A DNA stretch of 64,000 nucleotides from a bacterium (GTDB taxonomy: Bacteria > UBA8248 > JACPRG01 > G963555815). Positions within the stretch are counted from its first letter, which is position 1, and every line of letters begins with the position of its first letter. Below the pieces are notes generated by a model, which worked only from the letters and a program-made list of their open reading frames with translations, searched no databases and was not told the DNA's origin. Below are positions 29,301-41,219 of this stretch, piece after piece. The translations under genes and the position numbers were made by a program. Where the stretch lies: NCBI GenBank assembly GCA_965261595.1, contig CBDHDG010000004.1:224001-288000 (forward strand). Reading direction: 5' to 3'.

Positions 29301-30263
29301 TTAGATCGGAATGCGAACGTAGGTCCGGTCCGTCCGGGTCTCCGCTGTCCCGTTTTTCCGGCGGGCGTTCCGGAGCTTCGCCTGGATGGCCTCGTATACG
29401 GATTCGGCGTTGAAGGAGCTCCGAACAAAGGGGCCCGAGGAGACGTAATCGAATCCCATCTCGAGCCCTATCCGTTCGTAGTCGGCGAAGTCATCGGGGT
29501 GAACAAACTCTTCGACGGCGAGGTGAGCCGGAGTCGGCTGCAGGTACTGGCCCACGGTCAGGATTCGGCACCCGGCGCCGCGCAGGTCCCGCATCACCCC
29601 GTGCACCTCCTCCTTTTTCTCTCCCAACCCCACCATGATCCCGGACTTGGTGAGGGAAAGCCCCGCGTCGGCCACGAGCCGGAGAAGCTTCAGCGACCAC
29701 AGGTAATCGGCGCCCAGGCGCGCTTTTCGGTAAAGCCGCGGAACCGTCTCGATGTTGTGGTTATAGATGTCCGCATCCGCCCCGATGACCCGCTCGATGG
29801 CACGCTGATTTCCCAAAAAATCCGGCGTAAGGATCTCAACCGACGCGTCGGGCAGCCGCCGGCGCAGCGCGGCAACGGTCTCGACGAACTGGCTCGCCCC
29901 CTTGTCAGGCAGGTCGTCCCGGTCGACAGAGGTGACCACTACGTGTCGCAACCCCATTTGGGCGGCCGCGTCGGCCACGTTTTCCGGCTCCAGCGGGTCG
30001 ACGTCCAAGGGTTTTCCCGTCGCGATCGCGCAAAATCCGCACTTTCTCGTACAGGTGTCGCCCAGAATCATGAACGTCGCCGTCGGCTTGGCCCAGCATT
30101 CAAACAGGTTCGGACACCGGGCCTCCTCGCATACGGTGTGGAGCCGCTTCTTGCGCATCAGCGCCTTGACCCGGTGGGTCTCATCCGAAAAATTGAGCCG
30201 CTTTCTCATCCAAGGCGGAAATCGCGGGGGCAAGTCGCTGTCCTCATCGGAGGCGGGAAACAC
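29301..30263 (-). CDS. lipA: Lipoyl synthase
   Basis: CEEARCPNLFECW, CTRKCGFC, TSVDRDDL, GQYLQP, RSSF. Start uncertain, placed at GTG 30263. Confidence 0.95.
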   Translation of the reverse strand: MFPASDEDSDLPPRFPPWMRKRLNFSDETHRVKALMRKKRLHTVCEEARCPNLFECWAKPTATFMILGDTCTRKCGFCAIATGKPLDVDPLEPENVADAAAQMGLRHVVVTSVDRDDLPDKGASQFVETVAALRRRLPDASVEILTPDFLGNQRAIERVIGADADIYNHNIETVPRLYRKARLGADYLWSLKLLRLVADAGLSLTKSGIMVGLGEKKEEVHGVMRDLRGAGCRILTVGQYLQPTPAHLAVEEFVHPDDFADYERIGLEMGFDYVSSGPFVRSSFNAESVYEAIQAKLRNARRKNGTAETRTDRTYVRIPI

Positions 30264-30485
30264 GCACTTTTTCCGGCAAATCGCCGAAACACCGTTGATC
30301 CAATGAATGGTATGCCCCGCCCGTAGGGCTGTCAAGGTCAGAAAATTTTCGGGTGAATCGCCGGCCTCTCGCGCCGATTTCAGCCCCCCGGGCGACCCGC
30401 TTTCAGGGTGTGGAGGAGGCGGAGCGGGGGGGAGGGAGAGGGAGGAAAAATCACGGCGCGGTCGGATTGCGCGGAGCAGAAAACG

Positions 30486-31639
30486 TCAGGGGGCGCCGGT
30501 CTCTCCTTCCTTGAAGACGCGGGGGCGAACATTTTCCATCCGGCCGAGCCAGCCCGCCTCTTCGGTCGCGCGATCGAGATCCCGATACCGGCCGACAATC
30601 ACCTGGTGCCGTTTTCCCTTTGCTCCCATGTCGGACATCCGAATAAACGCCGGGTAGGCGTTTCTTCTCAGCGCCTCTCTCTGCTCCAACGCATCCCGGC
30701 AGTCGGCATGCGATCCGACCAGAATGTAGTACCGGCCTTCCCGGGAATACGTGACCCGCACGGGCCTGGGGGCGGGGGGGCGTCCGGGACCTTGCCCGGC
30801 GTCGCGGGTCTCAACCCGGAGCGCTTGCCCCCGGAGGGAGGGAGGGGGGACGTCTTAATCGTGGACGGCATGCCGGCCTTCCGGATGCGGAACAGGTTCC
30901 GGGGTGTCGAAGTCCGTTCCGCCTCAAGCAACGGAGACATCGTCTTGACCGGCGCGGGGGGCCGAGCCCGGGCCGCATCGGCCGAATGGCGGGATCGGGA
31001 AGGCGCCACGCGTTTCCGCGGGAGGGGTCCGGATTGCGGGGCGGAGGCCTCCGCTTCGCTCCCCGGACCCACTCGCAACAGGAAGGAGGAAAGCTTTGTC
31101 TTCAGAGATTCCGGCCGGGCGACGGACGGCCGCACCAAACCCAGACCGCCGACGGGACGGGGGAGGGGGGGGGACAGAGCGGGACGAAGCGTGGCTGCCA
31201 TTTTCGGAGGTTCGGCTTTTTTTGCTCGGACGGGAGGCCGCGGCTTGACCCGGCCCTTTTCAGGCGATTTCCCGGCCGCTTTCGCGGGAAGGGGATTTTC
31301 TCGGGGAATCATCCGCTTGACCATGCCACTTCCCTGGACGGCCTTCTTCAGTTTCTTTAGCCTCTTCCTTTTCGTTGTTTTTGTTGTTTCCAGGGCTTCG
31401 GCGGACGTGAATCGAATCCCGGCGGGTTTCAGAAAACGCCCCTTGGCTTCTCTCGTAACCGTGGCGACCCAGTCGGTTTCAGGAATAAGGGATTTGCCGA
31501 TCAGAAAACCGAGGAGAAATATCAGCCCGAAAACAACGAGCGTACCGGTGAGGATTGTCCTCATCCGGCGCTGGCCGAACCGGAACTGATAAATGCTCTC
31601 GTTCTCGTCCCGCGACAGATTTCCGCGTCGTTTGCGCAT
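30486..31639 (-). CDS. Membrane-anchored SPOR-domain protein (FtsN/DedD-like), frameshift near 30775
   Basis: N-terminal TM helix and Pro/Lys-rich linker, then YYILVGSH...HQVIVGRY SPOR-like domain in a second frame after a G/C run. Located downstream of argS. Confidence 0.7.
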
Positions 31640-31689
31640 GTGCGGCGCCGACCCCTTTGAAAGCGTCTCCTGCCTTTTATTATAGCATC

Positions 31690-33405
31690 TTACATGCGCT
31701 CTGGCGCGGAAATCCCCAAAAGGTCAAGCGCCCGCCTCACAACCAGCCCGAAAAAATCGACCAGAAACAAACGCGCCGCGTTCAATGCGGCGTCGTCGGA
31801 GATAAACCTGTGATGCCTGTAATAATTGTGGAAGATTGCCGCGAGATCCATCAGGTAGTGGGTCAGACGGTGCGGCTCGAGGCTCAGGGCGGCGGATTCC
31901 ACGATTTCCGGGAACCGCAGGAGCCTCAGGATGAGCGCGCGCTCCTCGGGCAGCGTAAGCGGGGAGAGATCCACCTCCCCCAGTCCAAGGGGGGGGATTT
32001 GGACGCCCTGCTTTTCCGCCTCTCTCAAGACGCTGCACACCCGGGCGTGGGCGTACTGGACGTAATAAACGGGGTTATCCGACGACTGCTCCTTGGCCAG
32101 ATCGAGATCGAACTCCAGTGGGCTGTCCGAGCTCCGCATCAAAAGGAAAAAGCGCGCGGCGTCCGTCCCGACCTCGCGCACGACCTCCGAGAGCTCGACG
32201 TATTGGCCCTGCCGTGTGGACATCGCGACCGGCCGCCCCCCGCGGGTGAGCGAAACAAGTTGGACGAGCAGGACCCGGAGGTCTTCCGCGGGCCTCCCGA
32301 GCATCTGGACGACGGCGCTTATCCTCGGGATATAACCGTGGTGATCGGCGCCCCAGATGTTGATGACCGTGTCGAAACCGCGCTCAAACTTGTTGCGGTG
32401 ATAAGCCACGTCTGAAGCCAGATAAGTCGGCCGCCCGTCCTGGCGAATGATGACCCGGTCTTTCTCGTCCTCATACGCCGAGGAGCGGAGCCAATGGGCG
32501 CCGTCCTCTTCATAGACCTCATTCCTGGATTTCAGCGCCTCGACCGCCCCGGAAACCTCTCCGCCGTCGAACAAGGATCGCTCGCTGAACCAGACGTCGA
32601 ACTCGACGTTGAAGTCCTTCAGGTCTCCCCGGATCCGGACAAGGATGGCTTGCGCGGCGCGCTCCCCGAGCTCTTCGAGAACAGCGTCTTCATCCCGATC
32701 CAGGTGAGAGGCCCCCGCCTCGGCGTAAATCTCCTCGGCCAAGTCGGTGATGTACCTCCCCTGATAGCACGCTTCGGGGTACTCGATGTCCTTCCCCGCG
32801 GCTTCCTGATAACGGAGATAGACAGACCGTCCGAGGGTTTCAATTTGGTTTCCAGCATCATTAATATAGTATTCTTTTTCAATAAGATATTCTGAATATA
32901 TTAATATTCTACTTAAACTATCTCCAACCGCGGCGCCCCGGCCGTGGCCGATGTGGAGCGGGCCCGTCGGGTTGGCGCTGACGAACTCCACCTGGACCCG
33001 CTTGCCCCGGCCGATTTGGGACCTTCCGAAGTTCTCACCCTTCTTCGCGGCTTCAAGAAGCTGTTCCCGAAGGCAGGCCGGGCGGAGAAAAAAATTCAGG
33101 AATCCGGGACCGGCGATCTCCACCCGTTCGATGATCGGGTGCTCATCGCCGATCCGCCGGGCGAGGGCCTCGGCGATTCGGCGCGGGGGCATCTTCTGGA
33201 CAGCGGCCGAGACCATGGCCAGGTTCGTCGAGAAATCCCCGTGCTCCTCCTGCGCGGGGCGCTCGACGGTGAAATTCAAAGCGTCGATGCCCGCGCCGTC
33301 CGATGAGAGGTCTCCGGCCTCGACCGCCTTGCGAAACGCCTCTTTGACCGTTTCCGTCAATGCCTGCTTCAAAGACCACCTCGATGGAATAAACGGATTG
33401 TCCAC
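31690..33405 (-). CDS. argS: Arginine-tRNA ligase
   Basis: HGDFSTN, EFVSANPTGPLHIGH, EYYINDAG, GADHHGY, NPVYYVQYAHAR. Confidence 0.97.
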   Translation of the reverse strand: MDNPFIPSRWSLKQALTETVKEAFRKAVEAGDLSSDGAGIDALNFTVERPAQEEHGDFSTNLAMVSAAVQKMPPRRIAEALARRIGDEHPIIERVEIAGPGFLNFFLRPACLREQLLEAAKKGENFGRSQIGRGKRVQVEFVSANPTGPLHIGHGRGAAVGDSLSRILIYSEYLIEKEYYINDAGNQIETLGRSVYLRYQEAAGKDIEYPEACYQGRYITDLAEEIYAEAGASHLDRDEDAVLEELGERAAQAILVRIRGDLKDFNVEFDVWFSERSLFDGGEVSGAVEALKSRNEVYEEDGAHWLRSSAYEDEKDRVIIRQDGRPTYLASDVAYHRNKFERGFDTVINIWGADHHGYIPRISAVVQMLGRPAEDLRVLLVQLVSLTRGGRPVAMSTRQGQYVELSEVVREVGTDAARFFLLMRSSDSPLEFDLDLAKEQSSDNPVYYVQYAHARVCSVLREAEKQGVQIPPLGLGEVDLSPLTLPEERALILRLLRFPEIVESAALSLEPHRLTHYLMDLAAIFHNYYRHHRFISDDAALNAARLFLVDFFGLVVRRALDLLGISAPERM

Positions 33406-33465
33406 CCGATTCGACAGGGGATATTTGTGTGTGGCGCCCGACGTGTCAATCCCCGCCGGCGCGGG

Positions 33466-34227
33466 TCAGGCGTCCAGGAATTTCAAGGATTTCAAGCGCC
33501 TGCCGCTCACCCCGGTAAGAAAGACTTCGAGGAAGCGCCGCACCTCCGTCCGGACGGCGGGCACGGTCGAGACCTGGAACGCGCGCTCGATCGGCAGAGA
33601 CCCCACGGCCGAGAGGTGCTTGACCGCCCCGGCCGAGAGGCGGAGCCCACCCGATGAGCATCCGGGGCAGCTCAGGTCCCCGGCGCCCGCCTGGAACACC
33701 GCCCCCTTCTCCGCCAGAACCTGACCGCATTTCGCGCACCGGTCCAGGTTGGGCTGATAGCCGAGCTCCCTCAGAAACCGCGCTTCGAACAAGATGAGAG
33801 GGTCTTCGGCCGCCCCGCCTCCCCCTCCCCTCCCCCCTCTCCCGGCCGTTTCCATCCGGTTCAGGACAGCGAGGGACAGGTTGAAGATTTCAGCCTGCGG
33901 CTCCCCGTCCTCGAGCATCCGGTCCAACATCTCCGCCATGACGAGGGCGATTTTGACCTTCTCGAAGTCCCGCCGGAGGCCGTCAAAGCTGCGGAGGACA
34001 TCCGCGGAGTTGAGCCGAAAGAGGTCGGTGTTCTCCTTGCCGTAAAACTCCAGGTGAACGTGCGTCAGCGGCTCCATGGAGCCGGTGAACTTGCTCTTGA
34101 CGCGCCGGGCCGAGCGGGCCACCGCCCGCATCTTTCCGCGCTCCCGGCTGAGGAAGGTCACGATCCGGTCGGCTTCCCCCAGGTTTTGCCGCCTGAGGAC
34201 CAGAGCGTCAGAACGATAAAGGGCCAC
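33466..34227 (-). CDS. recO: DNA repair protein RecO
   Basis: GEADRIVTF, CAKC...CPGC zinc finger, LKSL C-terminus, downstream of era. Confidence 0.92.
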   Translation of the reverse strand: MALYRSDALVLRRQNLGEADRIVTFLSRERGKMRAVARSARRVKSKFTGSMEPLTHVHLEFYGKENTDLFRLNSADVLRSFDGLRRDFEKVKIALVMAEMLDRMLEDGEPQAEIFNLSLAVLNRMETAGRGGRGGGGGAAEDPLILFEARFLRELGYQPNLDRCAKCGQVLAEKGAVFQAGAGDLSCPGCSSGGLRLSAGAVKHLSAVGSLPIERAFQVSTVPAVRTEVRRFLEVFLTGVSGRRLKSLKFLDA

Positions 34228-34252
34228 AAATCGTCTCTTTCCAGGAAACGCC

Positions 34253-35134
34253 CTACCGCCGGTCGAATCCGAGCTCTCTCAACATTCGCTCGGAGCGGCT
34301 CCAGTTCTTCTTGACGCGGACGCGCAGATCCAGGTAGATCGGCGTCCCGAACCACTCCTCCAGGGCCGGGCGGGCGGCGGAGCCAATCTTCTTGATCATC
34401 CGGCCCTTGCTGCCGATGAGCATCGGCTTCTGGGACTCTTTCTCGACATAGAGGGTCGCTATCACGTTCAACCGCTCCAATTCGAGATCCGCCTGGATGC
34501 TTTCCACGTCCACGGCGGACGCGTATGGAAGCTCCTGGGCCGTCGCGCGGATGACCTGCTCGCGGATCAACTCGGCCGCCATCTCTTCCTCCGCCTGGTC
34601 GGTCACGATGTCCGCCGGATAGAGCGGCTCCCCTTCCGGCAGGGTCTCTTCGACCGCATCGAGGAGGCTTTGCACGTTGTCTCCCGTCAGCGCCGAGATC
34701 GGAAAAACCTCCGCGAACTCCCGCAGACCCCGGTACCGGTCGATGAGGGGAAGCAGGTCGGGCTTCGAGGCGCGATCCACCTTGTTGATTACAAGGAACG
34801 AGGCCGGCCCGGACAGCTCCTCCAAGAGCGGCCTGTCCAGCTCGGCCGAGCGGGCGGCCGGCTCCGTCATGAACAGGAGGAGGTCCACGCCCGAGCGCGC
34901 GGCGTCGATCTCCCGTCTCAGGTACCGGTTCATGAGGGAATCAGTGCTCGGGACTCCGGGGGTGTCGATGAAAACCGTTTGGGCGTTCTCCGTGTTGCGG
35001 ATCCCCAGAACGCGCATCCGGGTTGTTCCGGGCTTTCGCGAGACGATGGCGACCTTCCGGCCCAAGGCCCGGTTGAGGAAGGTGGACTTCCCGACGTTGG
35101 GCCGTCCCACAATCGCCACGAATCCGGATTTCAA
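34253..35134 (-). CDS. era: GTPase Era
   Basis: GRPNVGKST, DTPG, NKVD, ISA, ELPY, KH domain. Confidence 0.95.
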   Translation of the reverse strand: MKSGFVAIVGRPNVGKSTFLNRALGRKVAIVSRKPGTTRMRVLGIRNTENAQTVFIDTPGVPSTDSLMNRYLRREIDAARSGVDLLLFMTEPAARSAELDRPLLEELSGPASFLVINKVDRASKPDLLPLIDRYRGLREFAEVFPISALTGDNVQSLLDAVEETLPEGEPLYPADIVTDQAEEEMAAELIREQVIRATAQELPYASAVDVESIQADLELERLNVIATLYVEKESQKPMLIGSKGRMIKKIGSAARPALEEWFGTPIYLDLRVRVKKNWSRSERMLRELGFDRR

Positions 35135-35239
35135 GTGTTCATCTCCCGTTGAATCAACCCGGTTGGGGGTTCATCGAAACGATTACCGACTGCCTTTTTA
35201 AACGGGTGCCGCCGGCCGCCTGTCTCCCGGCGCCTCCTC

Positions 35240-35935
35240 TTACTTGCCGTCCCAAAGGGACCACCTTCCCCGCTTCATCGCTCTCAGAACCGCGTCGGCC
35301 GCCGCCGGCGGACTCGGCTTCCGTTTGAATCTCAACACTAGCCCGGGATGGATCAGGTCGGGGTCGGCGATCCCCTCCCGGTTGGCCTCATACAAGAGCG
35401 GCCACTTGAACGGGTCATTATAAACCCGGGCGTAGCCGGATATCCTCCACAAACTCTCGCCCCGGACCACCCGGTGACGCCCGTCGGGACGAGACGCCTT
35501 TGTTGAGTCCCCGCCATTCTTCTTATCCGGTTTGGCGGGAATGGCGGCAACCGAAACGCTCCGGGTCGCCGGGTCGCCTTCTTCCGCGGCCTTTCGGCCC
35601 TTCAACACAGGCCGGCGGCCCGCCCGCCGGGCGAGGTCTTCCGCCTCCAGCGCGACCCGCCTCGCCTCGACGGCGTTATCCCGCGCCCGGCCGTAGCGCG
35701 AGGACTCCACACCGCGGACGGACTCCTCGAACAGGTATTTGGCCAGGATGAATTCCACCGGCGCGCGCTCTTCGGCCCCGGCGGCCTTCGCGGCCGAGAT
35801 GGCGACGTCCGCGCCCGCCATCTCGCCGACGGGCGGCCGGCCGGCGCACGCGGCCAGCGTCAGAGCGATCAGGGGAATAGAGAAAAAGGGATGGAACGGA
35901 CGAAACGGAAACAGGACTCGTCGAATTTGACCCAA
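35240..35935 (-). CDS. Lipoprotein with DUF4398-like helical domain and LysM domain
   Basis: Lipobox LAAC, AAKAAGAEERAP, HRVVRGESLWRIS...WPLLYEAN...IADPDLIHPG. Confidence 0.8.
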   Translation of the reverse strand: MGQIRRVLFPFRPFHPFFSIPLIALTLAACAGRPPVGEMAGADVAISAAKAAGAEERAPVEFILAKYLFEESVRGVESSRYGRARDNAVEARRVALEAEDLARRAGRRPVLKGRKAAEEGDPATRSVSVAAIPAKPDKKNGGDSTKASRPDGRHRVVRGESLWRISGYARVYNDPFKWPLLYEANREGIADPDLIHPGLVLRFKRKPSPPAAADAVLRAMKRGRWSLWDGK

Positions 35936-36192
35936 TATCTAGGGACCTCTCCACCGGTCCCTCCCGACGACCGCGGCGCGGCCCCTCCTCCGGGACCGCC
36001 CCTTCGAATTCAACCAATCAGGAATTTAGGCCGCAATGGAATTTCGTCAAGGGGAGCGGGGTGGGGCCTTTCCCTTCGGCCAGGTTATCCGCGTGGTAAT
36101 TATCCCTTCACCGCAGGTAAACAAACTGGCGGATATTGGATTGAATTCTCCGTGGAGGCGGTATAAGTTCTCGATAACCCGGGAGATTGTTC

Positions 36193-36220
36193 TTGACATC
36201 GTTTCGCTCAAGACTAAACT
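36193..36220 (+). promoter_or_regulatory. Sigma70-type promoter
   Basis: TTGACA-16 nt-TAAACT upstream of the 60-aa ORF. Confidence 0.55.
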
Positions 36221-36247
36221 GCCCCCGTCTCGTGGAGAGGATGGTAA

Positions 36248-36430
36248 ATGGAAGCGGGCAATGAATTCACTCCGGAGGGACGTCTTTGGTTAGCGATTCG
36301 TGAGGAGCTAACCCATGAGCAGCGAATAGAAAAAGCGAGAGAATTCCACGACCGGGGCGAGGATTTAGAGACAGTTCTTGCAATTTTCCCTGAATACCAA
36401 GAGGTTGTAAAAGAAAGAAAAGTCGGCTAA
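36248..36430 (+). CDS. Small hypothetical protein (60 aa)
   Basis: GGAGAGG RBS, upstream promoter, low-GC islet. Confidence 0.5.
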   Translation: MEAGNEFTPEGRLWLAIREELTHEQRIEKAREFHDRGEDLETVLAIFPEYQEVVKERKVG

Positions 36431-36765
36431 TCCGACAGCCCCCGCCGTTTCATGGCCCAGCGAACCAGATCATCTATTGTCCATTTGGAACCTTCCGGAT
36501 TTGCTTGGCTAATCGCCCCGAGCCATCCTCTGGCCTCATCAAAAAAATCCATTTTTGAGTAACACCCATCGAAAATCTTGTCCACGATTTTGCCTATCGC
36601 CACGCCCCTGTCCAAAAGCGTTTCAACCATTAAGCGCCGAGCCGTTGGATTCTCAAGCTCCCCACGTTGTTCCAGCTGTTTTAGGGCCGCGATTTTTTCA
36701 GTCTCGCTTTTCTTCGCCACCCAATCTCTCCCGTCCCAAATAAATATTCGTGTCGCGTCCCTCAA
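36427..36765 (-). CDS. Hypothetical protein (112 aa)
   Basis: Protein-like ORF in the low-GC islet with a TTG start. Convergent with the 60-aa ORF, overlapping it by 4 bp. Confidence 0.45.
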   Translation of the reverse strand: MRDATRIFIWDGRDWVAKKSETEKIAALKQLEQRGELENPTARRLMVETLLDRGVAIGKIVDKIFDGCYSKMDFFDEARGWLGAISQANPEGSKWTIDDLVRWAMKRRGLSD

Positions 36766-36908
36766 ATTCGTCGTTTAAATATTGGACCGTTTCCAACATC
36801 GGCAGCCTTGTCATTTCCAGGAAATACGGTGCGCTCACTGCCGTGACCGATATGAGGTCTTTGCGGGACCGCGACCCCAGCCTCTTGCTCTTTTCCGAGA
36901 AATCCGCG

Positions 36909-38813
36909 TTACGCGCGCCCCTTTCCATACCCGATCCCCTCCAGCAGCTTCGCGATCTCATCGAGGACGGCCGGGTCATCGATTGTCGCCGGAACGGTGC
37001 ACTCCTCATTGTCGGCGATCTTTTGCATCGTGCCCCGCAGGATCTTCCCCGACCGCGTCTTCGGCAGCCGCTCCGCGACGGCCGCCGTTTTGAACGAGGC
37101 GACCGGGCCGATCTTATCCCGGACGAGCCGGACGGCCTCGCCGACGATCTCGCCGTGCTCGCGGACGACCCCCGCATTCAGGACGAGAAAGCCCACCGGG
37201 ACCTGCCCCTTGATTGCGTCCGCCGCGCCGATGACGGCGCATTCCGCGATATCCGGATGCGAGGCCAGCACCTCCTCCATCGCGCCGGTCGAGAGCCGGT
37301 GGCCCGCCACGTTGATGATGTCGTCGGTGCGGGACATGACATAGACGTATCCATCCTCGTCCACGTAACCGGCGTCGCCGGTCTGGTAGTATCCCGGAAA
37401 TTCCTCCAGGTAAGACGAGCGGTAGCCCTCCTCGTTGTTCCAAAGGGTCGGCAGGCTTCCGGGCGGCAGGGGCAGCTTGACGACGAGGGCGCCGATCTTT
37501 CCCCTTTCGACCTCCCGGTTCTTTTCGTCCACAACGCCCACGTCCCACCCGGGGGCGGGCTTCGTCGGCGACCCCGCCTTGACCAGAAGCCGCTCCAGGC
37601 CGATGCAGTTGGCGACGATGGCCCAGCCCGTCTCGGTCTGCCACCAGTGGTCGATCACCGGCACGCCGAGCCGGTCCTCCGCCCAGTGCAGTGTGTCCGG
37701 GTCGCACCGCTCCCCGGCGAGGAACAGCGTTTCAAACCGGGAGAGATCGTGCTTCTTGATGTGCTCCCCTTCCGGGTCGTCCCGCTTGATGGCCCGGAAG
37801 GCCGTGGGCGCGGTGAACATGACCCGGACCCCGTGCTGCGAGATGACCCGCCAGAAGGCCCCCGCGTCCGGCGTGCCCACAGGTTTGCCCTCGTACAGGA
37901 CAGTCGTGCAGCCGTGGAACAGGGGGGCGTAGACGATGTAGGAATGACCAACGACCCAGCCGATGTCCGAGGCCGCCCAGTACGCGTCGCCCGGATCGAC
38001 GCCGTAGACGTTCTTCATCGTCCACTTGAGCGCGACGGCGTGGCCGCCGTTGTCGCGGACGATCCCCTTCGGCTGGCCGGTCGTCCCCGAGGTGTAGAGA
38101 ATATAGAGCGGGTCCGTGGCCGCCACCGGAACACAGTCGTGGGGCGCCGCCGCCGCGTTCACCTCTTCCCAGTCCAGGTCCCGGCCGGGCGTCAGGTCGC
38201 AGCCCTCCTGAGGCCGCTGGACGATCACGCAGCCCTCCGGCTTGGCGGCGGCCAAATCGATCGCTTCGTCCAGCAAAGGCTTGTACGCGATGACGCGGCT
38301 CACCTCGATGCCGCACGAGGCCGAGACAATGATCTTGGGCTTGGCGTCGTCGATCCGGGTCGCCAGCTCCCGCGCGGCGAATCCGCCGAACACGACCGAA
38401 TGCACCGCCCCGATGCGGGCGCAGGCGAGCATCGCCATCACCGCCTCGGGAATCATCGGCATGTAAAGGAGCACCCGGTCCCCCTTGCGCACTCCCCGCG
38501 CGGCCAGCGCGCCGGCGAACCGGGCGGTCCGGTCCAAGATCTCCCGGTAGGTGAACGTCCGGACGGTGTCCGTCACCGGGCTGTCGTAGATCAGCGCCGG
38601 CTGATCCGCCCGGCCTTCCTCGACATGGCGGTCCAGGGCGTTCTCACAGGTGTTGAGCGCGCCGCCGGTGAACCAGCGGTGGAAGGGCGCGCGCGAGTCG
38701 TCCAGGACCTTGTCCCACTTCTTGATCCAACGGACGTCCTCCGCCGCCTCCGCCCAGAAGGCCTCGGGCCGGGCGAGAGACGCTTCGTACGCCGTTTGGT
38801 AGGAGCCGGTCAT
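36909..38813 (-). CDS. prpE: Propionyl-CoA synthetase / acyl-CoA synthetase
   Basis: YTSGTTGQPKG, SDIGWVVGHSY, AGERCDP, DHWWQTETG, LPKTRSGK. Confidence 0.88.
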   Translation of the reverse strand: MTGSYQTAYEASLARPEAFWAEAAEDVRWIKKWDKVLDDSRAPFHRWFTGGALNTCENALDRHVEEGRADQPALIYDSPVTDTVRTFTYREILDRTARFAGALAARGVRKGDRVLLYMPMIPEAVMAMLACARIGAVHSVVFGGFAARELATRIDDAKPKIIVSASCGIEVSRVIAYKPLLDEAIDLAAAKPEGCVIVQRPQEGCDLTPGRDLDWEEVNAAAAPHDCVPVAATDPLYILYTSGTTGQPKGIVRDNGGHAVALKWTMKNVYGVDPGDAYWAASDIGWVVGHSYIVYAPLFHGCTTVLYEGKPVGTPDAGAFWRVISQHGVRVMFTAPTAFRAIKRDDPEGEHIKKHDLSRFETLFLAGERCDPDTLHWAEDRLGVPVIDHWWQTETGWAIVANCIGLERLLVKAGSPTKPAPGWDVGVVDEKNREVERGKIGALVVKLPLPPGSLPTLWNNEEGYRSSYLEEFPGYYQTGDAGYVDEDGYVYVMSRTDDIINVAGHRLSTGAMEEVLASHPDIAECAVIGAADAIKGQVPVGFLVLNAGVVREHGEIVGEAVRLVRDKIGPVASFKTAAVAERLPKTRSGKILRGTMQKIADNEECTVPATIDDPAVLDEIAKLLEGIGYGKGRA

Positions 38814-38831
38814 GGAATTCTCCCCCCCTTG

Positions 38832-40604
<1,773 letters not shown>

Positions 40605-40712
40605 CTGAAGTACATCCCTTCCGCCTGGGGGCGGCGGAGGGAAGGGGCTCGGCCTTCCGTCTCCGCCCCGATTGATCGGCCTTGCAGCGCCGGCCCTTTC
40701 GATTTGGCTCTC

Positions 40713-41219
40713 CTAGAACAAATAAGGCCGGGCCCGCTTCTTCCATTCATGGGACGTCTTGCGTCCCGGGCCGAGATGCTCGAGGGCCGCCTTGACCCCC
40801 TCCAGGACCCGAATCCCCTCTTTCCCGCGAAGGCCGCCCACCCCCCGGCCGATAGGGATCCAGGCCCGGTTGTGCAGCACTTCGACCCAACGCTGATCGA
40901 ACCCCATGCTCACCTTCTGGAGGATGAGGCGCGCCGCCTGGATATCCCTGAACCGCAGCCCGCGTCTGAGGTCCGTCGGATGGCAGGAATGGATATCCAC
41001 CCACGAGACCCCGTTCTCGGTCAACTCGATCGTGGCCGGACACGTCACCGCCCTGGGCAGATACCGGCGCAGCGAGATCAGCGCGTCGGTCCCGGCCCCC
41101 TTCGGGAGCAACGAAGCCACCGGGTCCGGGCGGGGCGCGGCGGGGGTTCTCCCGCAGCCCCCCAGGACGCCGACCAGAAAGAGCAGGCCAAGGACCCTTC
41201 CGCCGTAACGAACGCCCAC
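40713..41219 (-). CDS. Hypothetical lipoprotein
   Basis: GTG start followed by hydrophobic LLFLVGVLGG-C lipobox. Fills the gap upstream of aspS. Confidence 0.5.
   Translation of the reverse strand: MGVRYGGRVLGLLFLVGVLGGCGRTPAAPRPDPVASLLPKGAGTDALISLRRYLPRAVTCPATIELTENGVSWVDIHSCHPTDLRRGLRFRDIQAARLILQKVSMGFDQRWVEVLHNRAWIPIGRGVGGLRGKEGIRVLEGVKAALEHLGPGRKTSHEWKKRARPYLF

Noticed and set aside
32861..32920. AT-rich patches as diversity-generating retroelement targets
   Set aside because: No reverse transcriptase and no template/variable repeat pair in the window
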